Shown one piece after another: positions 10,028-19,316 of a stretch of 64,000 nt of DNA. The translations under genes and the position numbers were made by a program. The stretch's first letter is position 1, and every line of letters begins with the position of its first letter. This DNA is from Candidatus Firestoneibacteriota bacterium (GTDB lineage: Bacteria > Oederibacteriota > D2-FULL-39-29 > JBBTED01), in contig JBBTED010000027.1 in the NCBI GenBank assembly GCA_038042445.1, positions 37,651-101,650 on the forward strand. The letters run 5' to 3'. The notes below the pieces were generated by a model. The model saw only the letters and a list, made by a program, of their open reading frames with translations. It ran no database searches and was not told the DNA's origin.

Positions 10028-10068
10028 CTAAAATCCCCCTTAGTCCCCCTTTTTCAAAGGGGGATTTA
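10028..10068 (-). terminator. Stem-loop aaatccccc...ccccctttttcaaagggggattt overlapping the stop of the 11-heme gene
   Basis: G/C-rich inverted repeat with a T-run. A similar motif (cccctcttttacaaagagggg) recurs at 28471-28491. Confidence 0.45.
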
Positions 10069-11908
10069 TTATTTTTTCATTATCAATTTTTTTTCCTGTA
10101 ATCCATTGCCAACTCATTGGATAGATTTCCGGGTCAAAAATTGTCCAGTAAAAATGCCAGATAATAATTGCAACAGTAGCAAGTATTGCTTCATAAAAAT
10201 GAATTAGTGTGGCTAAATCAGTAATCCATAATGGCAGATATTTTAAAGTTATATTTTCAAATAAAAGCAAAATTCCTGTTACTATCATTATAATAGAACC
10301 CCATATAAGTGCCCAATATTCAAATTTTTCCATATAATTGTACTCACGAAATTGTGGTTTTTCTTTACACAAACCAATATTATATCCAATAAATTTAAAT
10401 GCATCAGTGATATCTTTGAATACAGGAAATAATTGTGTTACTCTCTTTCTGCCTGCTTTTGTAAATACAAGATAAAAAACGTGGAATATTGCAAATAGAA
10501 TAAATATAAATGCTGTCCAGTGATGAATTTCACTCCTTATTTGTGAACCTTCCTCTAAAATTCTAAATGGATATGCCCACCAACTTTCAGGATATTTTAC
10601 TGCAAAACCAGTATAAGCAAGTACTGAAAAACAAATCAAAAGTCCAAAGTGTTGTATTCTTTCATTAATACTCATTCTTTTATCATTCGCTTCTTTTTTA
10701 CATTTTTTGTAATGTTCTCGTAAATTTTTTAAAAAATGAATTGCATTATGAAAAATCATACCACCAATTGTTAAAAGTATTAATGATATATAGAATATTT
10801 TAACATAATATATAATTAAATTTTTTTCTTTTGAATCTTTAGTATGTATAGAACCTGAAGCAAGCATTGCACCTGCACCAGGATGACATTTTCCACACGT
10901 CTTCGGTAGATTTACTTTATTTATGGAGGAAAGTTTATTATCTGACATCAAAATATCATGAAATCCATGACAAGAAGCACAATTAGCTACTCTTAAATCA
11001 CCAGCTTTACCTGATAATCCATGAAATGAATCTAAATATGTTTGAACTCTATCTGCAGGCAATCCAAATTTCGTAACAATTTTTTCAGAAGCATGACACC
11101 CTGAACAGGTTTTGGTTATTGCACCAATATATACAGATGATTCTTTGTCTTTAACAGCACGTATTGTATGTTCACCATGACAATCAATACATACTGGTGC
11201 TTCTTTAACACCTGCTTTTGAAACCACACCATGAATACTTCTTTCATATACTTTAAATACATTTTCATGACATTTACTACAAGTAACTGGAATATTCTTA
11301 TGAAATATTTTTGACATAGAGTTTGATGAACCATATATGTTGTGAGACCCATGACAATCAGTACATACTGCTGCATTCATTTCTCCATTTTTCAATGCCT
11401 GGCCATGAATACTGTTTCTATAAGATTTATATGGTTCCTTTTGTGTAAGGTGAAATTTTTCCATTTTGCCTGAATTCCCATGGCAGTGTGTACAAGTATC
11501 AGGAATGTTTTTATGATAAACCGGAGATTTTGGATTTCTGCTATTCAAAATAGTATGTGTGCTACCATGACAAGCTTTACAAGTAGCTGCTTCATTTATA
11601 CCTTTAAGCTGTGCTTTTCCATGATCACTATTTAAATAGATTTCTGATTCTATTCTATGGCAGTCTTTACAAGATACAGGTTTTAATTTTTCATTATGCG
11701 GCAATTCCTTAATATCACTATGGCAAGAAATACACAGATTATTTCCATGTATGGATTTTCCAAAAGCATTTGAATTAACCAATGGTGCGCCACTTTCTTT
11801 ATCTTTATGACACACCATACATTCTTCATTTTCCTGTGCATATAGCAACGAAGATACAAATATAAAAAAAATAAAAATCTTTGTTTTCACCCGAAAATCT
11901 CCCATTTT
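10040..11908 (-). CDS. CbcL-like fusion: periplasmic 11-heme cytochrome c plus C-terminal di-heme cytochrome b (FdnI/HydC-type) membrane domain
   Basis: 11 CxxCH motifs followed by four or more TM helices with conserved His (HFGLL..., HHWTAF..., HFYEAIL). The start is taken at the internal MGDFRVKTKIFIFFIF signal peptide (11908), because the upstream in-frame extension runs through repeat A1. Confidence 0.8.
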   Translation of the reverse strand, partial: KMGDFRVKTKIFIFFIFVSSLLYAQENEECMVCHKDKESGAPLVNSNAFGKSIHGNNLCISCHSDIKELPHNEKLKPVSCKDCHRIESEIYLNSDHGKAQLKGINEAATCKACHGSTHTILNSRNPKSPVYHKNIPDTCTHCHGNSGKMEKFHLTQKEPYKSYRNSIHGQALKNGEMNAAVCTDCHGSHNIYGSSNSMSKIFHKNIPVTCSKCHENVFKVYERSIHGVVSKAGVKEAPVCIDCHGEHTIRAVKDKESSVYIGAITKTCSGCHASEKIVTKFGLPADRVQTYLDSFHGLSGKAGDLRVANCASCHGFHDILMSDNKLSSINKVNLPKTCGKCHPGAGAMLASGSIHTKDSKEKNLIIYYVKIFYISLILLTIGGMIFHNAIHFLKNLREHYKKCKKEANDKRMSINERIQHFGLLICFSVLAYTGFAVKYPESWWAYPFRILEEGSQIRSEIHHWTAFIFILFAIFHVFYLVFTKAGRKRVTQLFPVFKDITDAFKFIGYNIGLCKEKPQFREYNYMEKFEYWALIWGSIIMIVTGILLLFENITLKYLPLWITDLATLIHFYEAILATVAIIIWHFYWTIFDPEIYPMSWQWITGKKIDNEKIINPPLKKGD

Positions 11909-11917
11909 ATTGTTTCT

Positions 11918-11973
11918 GTAGCTGCAAAGCAATAGCTTTGCTTTTTTTTTGCAGAGCTTCGCTCTGCCGCTAC
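11918..11973. repeat. Nested-palindrome repeat family A, short copy 1
   Basis: gtagctgcaaagcaatagctttgc ttttttttt gcagagcttcgctctgccgctac. Homologous cores are at 18543-18598, 23096-23151 and 30470-30525. Confidence 0.75.
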
Positions 11974-12014
11974 ACTGCCAACTGACCAAAATTTACAACT
12001 ATAAATATTCTTAC

Positions 12015-14759
12015 TTATTTATATGCAAATAGCATAGCATAAATAATCCATATTACCACGCTAAAACCAAGGACTAAAGCAGTCCAACCAAATATACGTA
12101 TTGCCCTTATAACAATCGGCTGATATGGTTCTACAAGATATTTTTCAAGTTCTCCACTTGCAACTAATTCTTCATATTCTTCAGGTCTGTCATTTTTTAA
12201 TTCTTCAACAGAAACACGACCTGTAAAAATACTGGTATCCATTGGAAATTTTTCCGGACGCCAGTGTGTATTAAAAAAATGCACTGTAAATATAAACCCT
12301 GCGGCAAGTAACGCCTCATCACTATGAATAATAGTTGCAACATTTATAAACCAACCTGGCAAAAACTGTGTAAAAAACTCTGAAAACCACAGAAAAACAC
12401 CTGTAAAACCAATAATAGCAATTCCCCAGAATACTGCAAAGTAATCAAATTTTTCCCAATATGTCCACCTTCCATATCTTGGCCTTTTTCCCAAACCCAA
12501 AAACCACTTTATGGATCCAATTAAATCCAGTAAATCTTTTTTTGTAGGAAGCATAGTGTTTGTTCCTGATAACAAATTTTTCCATGTTTTAAATTCTTTA
12601 CGTTTTTTTTGAAAAATATTAAAAAGATGCGTAAAGAAAATAATAAAAAGTAAAATTGCGGCAACACGATGTATATAACCTGCTGTTTCAAAACCACCGA
12701 GAAAATGCGATACAATTGATGACCATTTTGTATATGAGAATTTTAATGTCATACCTGTAAATGCCAGACTTATAAAACTCACAATCATTGTAATGTGTAA
12801 AATTCGTTCTAAACGTGAAAACCTCACAATCTGTTTTTCTGTTGAATATATATCTGCTTTTGGAAATTCCTTTTTATTTTTCATAGAACGTGAAAACCAT
12901 AAAAGCGTATGAACACCACTAAAAAAGAAAGTGGTGACAAGAAGAGTTGTCATCCCCCAAAAAACCCAGAAAAGATACGGATATTTTTTAGGGTCATGAT
13001 GTGTTGCATGTGTTAAATATCCTGCAAAACGTCTATTTGCACCTGAATGACATTTCTGACAAGTTTGGACAATATTCTTACGGCTTAAGTGCGAGTTTGA
13101 ATCAACAACAGATAAAATATCATGTGCCCCATGACAATCATAACATTTAGCTGTCTTTGTATAACCCAATTTCGAAATCTTGCCATGATATGTATCAAAA
13201 TATGTTTTGGCAATTTCCTCATGGCATTTTCCACACACATTCATAATATTAAGCTTAAAACCATCTTCTCCTGCCCGCCTAATAGTATGAGCAGTATGAC
13301 AATCCTTACACACAGGTAATTCCTTGTCTGTTTTATTATGCAATGGGGAATGAACACTCTGGACAAATTGTTCGTAGACACCATAATGACAACGCCCACA
13401 TGTTTCAGCAACCTTGTCTTTATGAATACTTGACCCAATATCACTATGTGGAAGTTCATGATGAGCTGTATGGCAATCCGAACAAGTTGCAGTAACAAGC
13501 AACCCACTTTTAAGAAGTCCCTTACCGTGAATACTCTCAGTGTAATTTTCAACAATTCTATGTTCTGTGCCAGTATATCGGATAGCTGATTTTTGTCCTG
13601 TTCTATGACACTTACCACAAAGATTTGGAACATTTAAAGGAAATATAGGTGATTTCGAATTTGTTTTTCCCATGATACCATGCGTTCCATGACATTCTTT
13701 GCAATTTGGAACATTTGGATCATTTTTAGCAAATAATTTTCCATGGATGCTATCTTTATATTCCTCAACAACTTCAGCATGACAATTTCCACAATCAACT
13801 TTTGTTTTTATACTTTCACAAGCACGATATTTAGAAGGATTCACATTTGAATGGCATTTACTGCAGGCAATTTTTGTGTGTTTAGAAGAAGTTAATTCCT
13901 GATAATTTACATAAAGAGAATGTCCATCTCTTGATGCTTTTAAATCCTGTTTTGAGTGACATTTTAGACAATCCTTATCAGCCATTCCCTCTTCATAAAA
14001 AACCTTACGCACTTTATGTGGCTGATGGCAATCTACACAAGCGGGTAAAACAGAATCCTCTTTTTCCCACAACTCACCTTTGATAATTTTTCTGTGTACA
14101 TCTTCAATTTGCGTATGGCATTTATAGCATGTTGAAGCAATATTTTTACGAGATATTGAAGAACGCAAATCAGTGTGAGGTAAAATAAAATGTGATGTAT
14201 GACACGATGTGCAAGTGGCAGTAACTGACAAACCCTTTTTTAGCAATCCTTCTCCATGAATACTCTCAGAATAATTCTCAAGAATTTTTGACTGATGAAT
14301 GTTGCGTTGACTTTGAACAGGAGCGCCTTCTTGATGACACTTTCCACAAACAAATGGCACTTTAATTGGTGATACTGCTGAGTTTTTATCCTTAACTTTT
14401 AATATATCGTGTGTTCCGTGACAATCTTGACAAAGCGGAGCCAATTTATCGCCTTTGGCAACTGCTTTTCCATGTAAGCTTTCAGAATATAATTTCTGTT
14501 GCTCTAAATGACAATTACCGCAACTAACTTTTAATGGTTTATCATGTGGAAAATCCTTCCCTTTTAGATCACTATGGCAGGAAATACATAGATTATTTTC
14601 ATGTATAGATTTTTCAAAAACATTTGAATTAACTAATGGTGCGCCACTTTCTTTATCTTTATGACACACCATACATTCTTCATTTTCCTGTGCCTGCAAA
14701 AACATTGGTACACAGCATAAAAGGAAAATTATACTTATTTTTTGTATTCGTGAGTTCAT
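12015..14759 (-). CDS. CbcL-like fusion: about 19-heme cytochrome c plus C-terminal di-heme cytochrome b membrane domain
   Basis: 19 CxxCH motifs counted. The C-terminal 300 aa is polytopic with His-containing helices. The N-terminal 45 aa are nearly identical to the downstream 11-heme paralog (AQENEECMVCHKDKESGAPLVNSN...). Confidence 0.8.
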   Translation of the reverse strand: MNSRIQKISIIFLLCCVPMFLQAQENEECMVCHKDKESGAPLVNSNVFEKSIHENNLCISCHSDLKGKDFPHDKPLKVSCGNCHLEQQKLYSESLHGKAVAKGDKLAPLCQDCHGTHDILKVKDKNSAVSPIKVPFVCGKCHQEGAPVQSQRNIHQSKILENYSESIHGEGLLKKGLSVTATCTSCHTSHFILPHTDLRSSISRKNIASTCYKCHTQIEDVHRKIIKGELWEKEDSVLPACVDCHQPHKVRKVFYEEGMADKDCLKCHSKQDLKASRDGHSLYVNYQELTSSKHTKIACSKCHSNVNPSKYRACESIKTKVDCGNCHAEVVEEYKDSIHGKLFAKNDPNVPNCKECHGTHGIMGKTNSKSPIFPLNVPNLCGKCHRTGQKSAIRYTGTEHRIVENYTESIHGKGLLKSGLLVTATCSDCHTAHHELPHSDIGSSIHKDKVAETCGRCHYGVYEQFVQSVHSPLHNKTDKELPVCKDCHTAHTIRRAGEDGFKLNIMNVCGKCHEEIAKTYFDTYHGKISKLGYTKTAKCYDCHGAHDILSVVDSNSHLSRKNIVQTCQKCHSGANRRFAGYLTHATHHDPKKYPYLFWVFWGMTTLLVTTFFFSGVHTLLWFSRSMKNKKEFPKADIYSTEKQIVRFSRLERILHITMIVSFISLAFTGMTLKFSYTKWSSIVSHFLGGFETAGYIHRVAAILLFIIFFTHLFNIFQKKRKEFKTWKNLLSGTNTMLPTKKDLLDLIGSIKWFLGLGKRPRYGRWTYWEKFDYFAVFWGIAIIGFTGVFLWFSEFFTQFLPGWFINVATIIHSDEALLAAGFIFTVHFFNTHWRPEKFPMDTSIFTGRVSVEELKNDRPEEYEELVASGELEKYLVEPYQPIVIRAIRIFGWTALVLGFSVVIWIIYAMLFAYK

Positions 14760-14809
14760 TTGATTATATTAACTATATATATCTATCATAACAGATAACA
14801 GATTTTACG

Positions 14810-14989
14810 TAGGGCAAGGCTTTACCTTGCGAATGGCAAACCTAAAGAGCCTGTGTCAAAACCCTATTTTGTCATCCTGAGGCAGTAGCCGAAGGATCTC
14901 ATTTTTAAAGGGCTTTAAAGCGAGATTCTTCGGCTACTGCCTCAGAATGACACCTTTTTTGGTACAAGTTCTAAAGGTTTGCCCTACAA
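14810..14989. repeat. Nested palindrome of about 180 bp (outer gtagggcaa...ttgccctac, inner 30-bp arms gtcatcctgaggcagtagccgaaggatctc, central tttaaagggctttaaa)
   Basis: Arms read directly from the sequence with 2 mismatches in 30 bp. It lies between the upstream kinase gene and the 19-heme gene. The motifs tgtcatcctgag and gaaggatctc recur at 18462-18490. Confidence 0.75.
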
Positions 14990-15001
14990 TGACTTTTCCT
15001 A

Positions 15002-17146
15002 TTATGTTTTATTTTTAAAAGCTAAAATATAAACATAAAAAGTTGCGCCCTTTCCTGTTTCAGATTCTACATCTATATGCCCTTCATGCCTTCTTATTAT
15101 AGAATAAACTGTTGCAAGTCCTAAACCACTACCTCTTGATTTTGTTGTCCAATAAGGATCAAATATTTTTGTTATATTCTCTTTTGCTATGCCAACTCCC
15201 TCATCTTTTATCGCTATTTTTACATATTCACCATCTTTAATTAATAAATCCCCTTTAATGTCAATATTCTCTGCATTAATCTGCACCACACCGCCTTCAG
15301 GCATAGATTCTACTGCATTTATAATTAAATTATTAATTACCTGAATCATCTGCCCTTCATCAAATTCAACTGACCATAGATTATCAGAAATTATAGTATC
15401 AAATTTTACCTTAGAATTTCTTGTCAAATATTTAACTGTATCATTTAATATTTTTGAAATTGACAAAACTTTTTTTATTGATTCTCCGCCCCTAGCAAAA
15501 CTTGATAATTGTTTCGTTAATTCTTTTGCCTGCAAAGACGCTTTTTCAGCATCAGCCAGTAATTCACCCAATTCCCCAGGATTTTGCAAATGCCTCTTCG
15601 CTAAAGAAATATTCCCTAAAATTGAAGTCAACATATTATTAAAATCATGGGCAATACCACCTGCAAAAACTCCTATTGATTCTACTTTTTGTGACTTTAC
15701 AAACTCTATTTCTATTTTTTTCTGCTGTTCTTTTATTAAAAGAACATTTTGAATGTTAGATATCGCCGCTTCAAGTGAATCTTTTAATAAATTTAACCCA
15801 TTAAGTTCATCTTTATAAAACATATCCCCAGAAAATTTATTACCTAATAAAATACAACCTTTTATTCCCCCATTTTTATTTACAGCAATCATTACCGCGT
15901 AATCCCCTGCATTCATTCCATCAAATATTTTCATTTCTGAGTCAGTAAGCACTCTTCCTATTTCTATTTTTTTCTGAAGTTCATCTCTTATTATTATTTC
16001 TTCTTTACCCTCAAAACAATTCAAAAATACACTTTGATTGCTTTTTGTCTCCTTCATTGTATAAGATTTTTTATTTGAATCTTTACATTCAAATTCTCCT
16101 TCTATTATTGCTCCTGTTTTTCCAAATATTCTGATTGAACCTTTTTCTACAAGAAAAATCTGAGGTATTTCCTTTAATAAATATTCAACAAGTTGGTTTT
16201 CATCTAATATACTTCTAATCTTTGATGTAAGCAATTGAATTGATTTAACAAAATCAATATTTTTTGCATAAAACTTTGCATTTATAAATGTACGAATTTT
16301 GCCACTAAATACTTTCAGGAATATAAAAGTAACAAATGTAATACAAGCTAAAGTTGGAAGGAAAAATGTCCTATGAAAATGAGAGGAAGGAAGTAGTATA
16401 AATACTATAATTATATTTAGTATTACCGTAGATGATAATATTGCCAAATATTCCAATATTTTTCGCAATAAATATTGCAGGTTCACCATTTTTATGCGGA
16501 TAAATGCATAAGCAATAGCTATAGTGTAAAATAAACTTGTTAAGTTCCCAAATGGATAAAATTCTATACCAAATGTAGGCAAAAAATTTGTTACTCCTCC
16601 CAATGCGCCTAAAAATGTTCCCCAGAAAATATATTTATATTGTTGTCTTTTTTGTCCTGAAGAAATCTTTATTAATTTAAAGATTAAAACTTGTGCATAG
16701 GTTATGTAAAAAGAGAAAACTACACTATATATCAAATCCCCTATATTTACCAATGGATAATATCCCCAGAAATATTTTTTTAACTCATTACTTAAAATAT
16801 TGCATTTAAAGTGTAACAATAAAAATAAAAAACTAAAAAAATAAGCAAGATAAAGCAAAGTTTTATTTAATTTGGTTTTTATGTTTGCAACATTATAAAC
16901 AAAATGAAAGGTTGTAGAAAAAATAAATATTGTTCCTGAAATTAATATATGATTATATTTAACTGCTAACAAATATTCAGAAGTATTATACAACAAAAAG
17001 AAACCTAAATTCCATACAGCCATTGATAAATTCCAGAAAATATAAGCCAGAGTAATATTTTTATTTCTATTATTAATTAATATAAGTAATATTAGAGATA
17101 TATTAAGAATAAATGCTACTAATGGCTGTATTGAATAAATTGTCAT
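15002..17146 (-). CDS. Sensor histidine kinase with a large N-terminal polytopic (7TM-type) sensor domain
   Basis: About 8 TM helices in the first 290 aa. The H-box is GGIAHDFNNMLTSILGNISLA. The HATPase motifs are NLIINAVESM, DEGVGI, GSGLGLATV. Confidence 0.8.
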   Translation of the reverse strand: MTIYSIQPLVAFILNISLILLILINNRNKNITLAYIFWNLSMAVWNLGFFLLYNTSEYLLAVKYNHILISGTIFIFSTTFHFVYNVANIKTKLNKTLLYLAYFFSFLFLLLHFKCNILSNELKKYFWGYYPLVNIGDLIYSVVFSFYITYAQVLIFKLIKISSGQKRQQYKYIFWGTFLGALGGVTNFLPTFGIEFYPFGNLTSLFYTIAIAYAFIRIKMVNLQYLLRKILEYLAILSSTVILNIIIVFILLPSSHFHRTFFLPTLACITFVTFIFLKVFSGKIRTFINAKFYAKNIDFVKSIQLLTSKIRSILDENQLVEYLLKEIPQIFLVEKGSIRIFGKTGAIIEGEFECKDSNKKSYTMKETKSNQSVFLNCFEGKEEIIIRDELQKKIEIGRVLTDSEMKIFDGMNAGDYAVMIAVNKNGGIKGCILLGNKFSGDMFYKDELNGLNLLKDSLEAAISNIQNVLLIKEQQKKIEIEFVKSQKVESIGVFAGGIAHDFNNMLTSILGNISLAKRHLQNPGELGELLADAEKASLQAKELTKQLSSFARGGESIKKVLSISKILNDTVKYLTRNSKVKFDTIISDNLWSVEFDEGQMIQVINNLIINAVESMPEGGVVQINAENIDIKGDLLIKDGEYVKIAIKDEGVGIAKENITKIFDPYWTTKSRGSGLGLATVYSIIRRHEGHIDVESETGKGATFYVYILAFKNKT

Positions 17147-18447
17147 AAGTATTTTTTTAATAATAATACTGCATTTACACCTGAAAATCCAGAGGAATTT
17201 TGCATTGCAATATTTACTTCTTTTTTTCTTGCTTTATTTGGCACATAATCCAAATCACATTCTGGGTCAGGATATTCATAATTTATAGTTGGTGGAATAA
17301 TATTATCTTCTATTATAAGACAATTTGTTATAGTCTGAAAAGCGCCTGCTGGTCCTAAAGAATGGCCTATCATTGATTTTAAACCACTTATTGGCACTTT
17401 ATATGCATATTCTCCAAATGCTTTTTTAATAGCAAGTGTTTCTGTTTTTTCATTTAATTGTGTAGAACTTCCATGTGCCTGTATATAATCAACATTTTCA
17501 GGTTTAATATTTGCATTTTTCATTGCTATTTTCATTGCTCTTGCTGATTGCACCCCATCTGGAGCAGGAGCTGTCATATGATACGCATTACAAGTAGTTC
17601 CATAACCAATAACTTCAGCATATATATGTGCATTTCTTTTTATAGCATGTTCTAATTCTTCCATAATAACTATACCTGAGCCTTCTCCCATAACAAATCC
17701 ATCTCTTTCTTTATCAAAAGGTCTTGAAGCTTTTTCCGGCTCATTATTTCTCGTAGACAATGCTTTTATTGCGCAAAATGAATACATTGTTAAAGGAGCA
17801 ATTGGAGCCTCTGTTCCACCTGCAAAAATAATATCTGCAATTCCTTGTTGTATAGATGTATATGCATTACCTATAGCTACTGTTCCTGCTGTGCATCCTG
17901 TTGATATTACATTGTTATATCCAACTATGCCTAAGTCTATTGAAATCTGGCCAACTGAAGCGCAACAAAATACTGCAATCGTAGTAAAAGTGCTTACTCC
18001 TCTTAAACCATTCAATCTATAGTTTGTAAATTGTTTCTCTGCAAAATCCATTCCGCTTACTGCAATACCAATAACTAACCCAATTCTTTCAGGATCTTCG
18101 TTTTTTATATTTAATTTTGCATCTATTAAAGCCAATTTAGCAGCACCCATAGCATATTGTGTAGATAAATCAGTTCTTCTAATTTGCTTTGGATCCATAT
18201 ATTTTTTGGGATCAAAATTATCTATTTCAGCAGCTATTTGCGAAGGATGTTGGGAAGCATCAAATCTCGTAATTTTGCGTGTCCAAGATTTACCTGCTAT
18301 TGTATTTTCCCAGAATTCCTGTTTTCCTATACCACTTGGAGCAACAACTCCAAGCCCTGTTATAACAACTCGTCTTTTATTTTCTTTAGTATCATTCATT
18401 TTATAATAAATTAAGTCGTTCTGATTCGCCTGTAACAAATTAGCCAA
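17143..18447 (-). CDS. Beta-ketoacyl-ACP synthase (KAS II / FabF-like)
   Basis: RRVVITGLGVVAPSGIG N-terminus. The active-site Cys region is CASVGQISIDLGIVGY and the His motifs are HGSSTQ and GHSLG. The true start may be the internal MNDTKENKRRVV (18399). The stop overlaps the kinase start (ATGA). Confidence 0.8.
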   Translation of the reverse strand: MANLLQANQNDLIYYKMNDTKENKRRVVITGLGVVAPSGIGKQEFWENTIAGKSWTRKITRFDASQHPSQIAAEIDNFDPKKYMDPKQIRRTDLSTQYAMGAAKLALIDAKLNIKNEDPERIGLVIGIAVSGMDFAEKQFTNYRLNGLRGVSTFTTIAVFCCASVGQISIDLGIVGYNNVISTGCTAGTVAIGNAYTSIQQGIADIIFAGGTEAPIAPLTMYSFCAIKALSTRNNEPEKASRPFDKERDGFVMGEGSGIVIMEELEHAIKRNAHIYAEVIGYGTTCNAYHMTAPAPDGVQSARAMKIAMKNANIKPENVDYIQAHGSSTQLNEKTETLAIKKAFGEYAYKVPISGLKSMIGHSLGPAGAFQTITNCLIIEDNIIPPTINYEYPDPECDLDYVPNKARKKEVNIAMQNSSGFSGVNAVLLLKKYL

Positions 18448-18454
18448 AATAAAT

Positions 18455-18650
18455 TTCGCTACGCAATAATTGTCATCCTGAGCGTTAGTGAAGGATCTCG
18501 TCTTGTAACAGATTAGCCATTCTAAAAATACACATTATTATTGTAGCTGCAGAGCAAAGCTCTGCTAAAAAACAGCAAAGCTTTCGCTTTGCGGCTACAT
18601 AAACCATACAAAATCCATTAAATCTTAGAATGGCCAACCTATTACCTCGT
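18455..18650. mobile_element. Composite MITE-like element: family A core (18543-18598) nested inside outer inverted repeats gtaacagattagccattctaa / ttagaatggccaacctattac, plus a fragment of the 14860 palindrome
   Basis: Outer TIR is 18506-18526 versus 18626-18646. The inner core is gtagctgcagagcaaagctctgc...gcaaagctttcgctttgcggctac. Near-identical composites are at 23046-23197 and 30423-30563 (the latter inverted). Confidence 0.7.
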
Positions 18651-18722
18651 CTTTATATAGATTCTTTATTTCATTCAGAGTGACAAAAAAGGTTGTTGAA
18701 AAACTTCCACTCCATTTGCATC

Positions 18723-19307
18723 TTACACATCTTTAACACCAGTTTTAAATATTGGAATAGGGAAAAATGCCCATACTTCTTTTTTGTATTTTAGATATTC
18801 TTCACCAAATTTTTTAATTAGTGCTTTTTCCTCAAAAATAAATCTTAAAATAATAAGTGGAACAAATGTAATTACAATCAAAAAAAATGAATAATAAGCA
18901 TTTGCTATTAAAGGTAGACCCAAAATTTCACAAAATAAAAACAAATAATGTGGATGCCTCATATATTTATAAGGACCTTTTTTAATTAAAGGATGGACAT
19001 CTCTTATTTCTATTTCTACAGTCCAGTATTTATCTAAAGTCTTTATTGCCCAAATAGAAAGCATCCAACCCAGAATATACAAAACAAAAGCAATACCAGA
19101 AATATAATAATTTATATTTCTTTCAATAATAAAAAATTCTATAGGCGAAACAAAAATTGGTAATATATAAAAAATATATATTGATTTAGTTATCCATTGA
19201 AATGAAATTTCCCCTTCTATTTTTTTGATTTTATGTATTTTAGAAGTAATAAAGAACTTATTTATAAATACAAGAATTGCGAAAATTAAATAAATATTTT
19301 CAAACAT
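18723..19307 (-). CDS. ICMT/PEMT-family membrane methyltransferase (isoprenylcysteine carboxyl / phospholipid methyltransferase-like)
   Basis: GPYKYMRHPHYLFLF...FEEKALIKKFGEEYLKYKKEV is the C-terminal SAM-binding signature of PF04191/PF04140. It has five TM helices. Confidence 0.65.
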   Translation of the reverse strand: MFENIYLIFAILVFINKFFITSKIHKIKKIEGEISFQWITKSIYIFYILPIFVSPIEFFIIERNINYYISGIAFVLYILGWMLSIWAIKTLDKYWTVEIEIRDVHPLIKKGPYKYMRHPHYLFLFCEILGLPLIANAYYSFFLIVITFVPLIILRFIFEEKALIKKFGEEYLKYKKEVWAFFPIPIFKTGVKDV

Positions 19308-19316
19308 TTAGTTTAT

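Noticed and set aside
11909-11989. N-terminal 27-codon extension of the 11-heme ORF (track start 11989)
   Set aside because: The extension reads through palindromic repeat A1. A proper signal peptide begins at the internal Met (11908), whose start is identical to that of the 19-heme paralog.
12521-13633. Alternative-frame minus-strand ORFs (64 and 130 aa) inside the 19-heme gene, and plus-strand 13122-13319
   Set aside because: They are embedded in a 914-aa frame with 19 CxxCH motifs. They are artefacts of AT-rich sequence.
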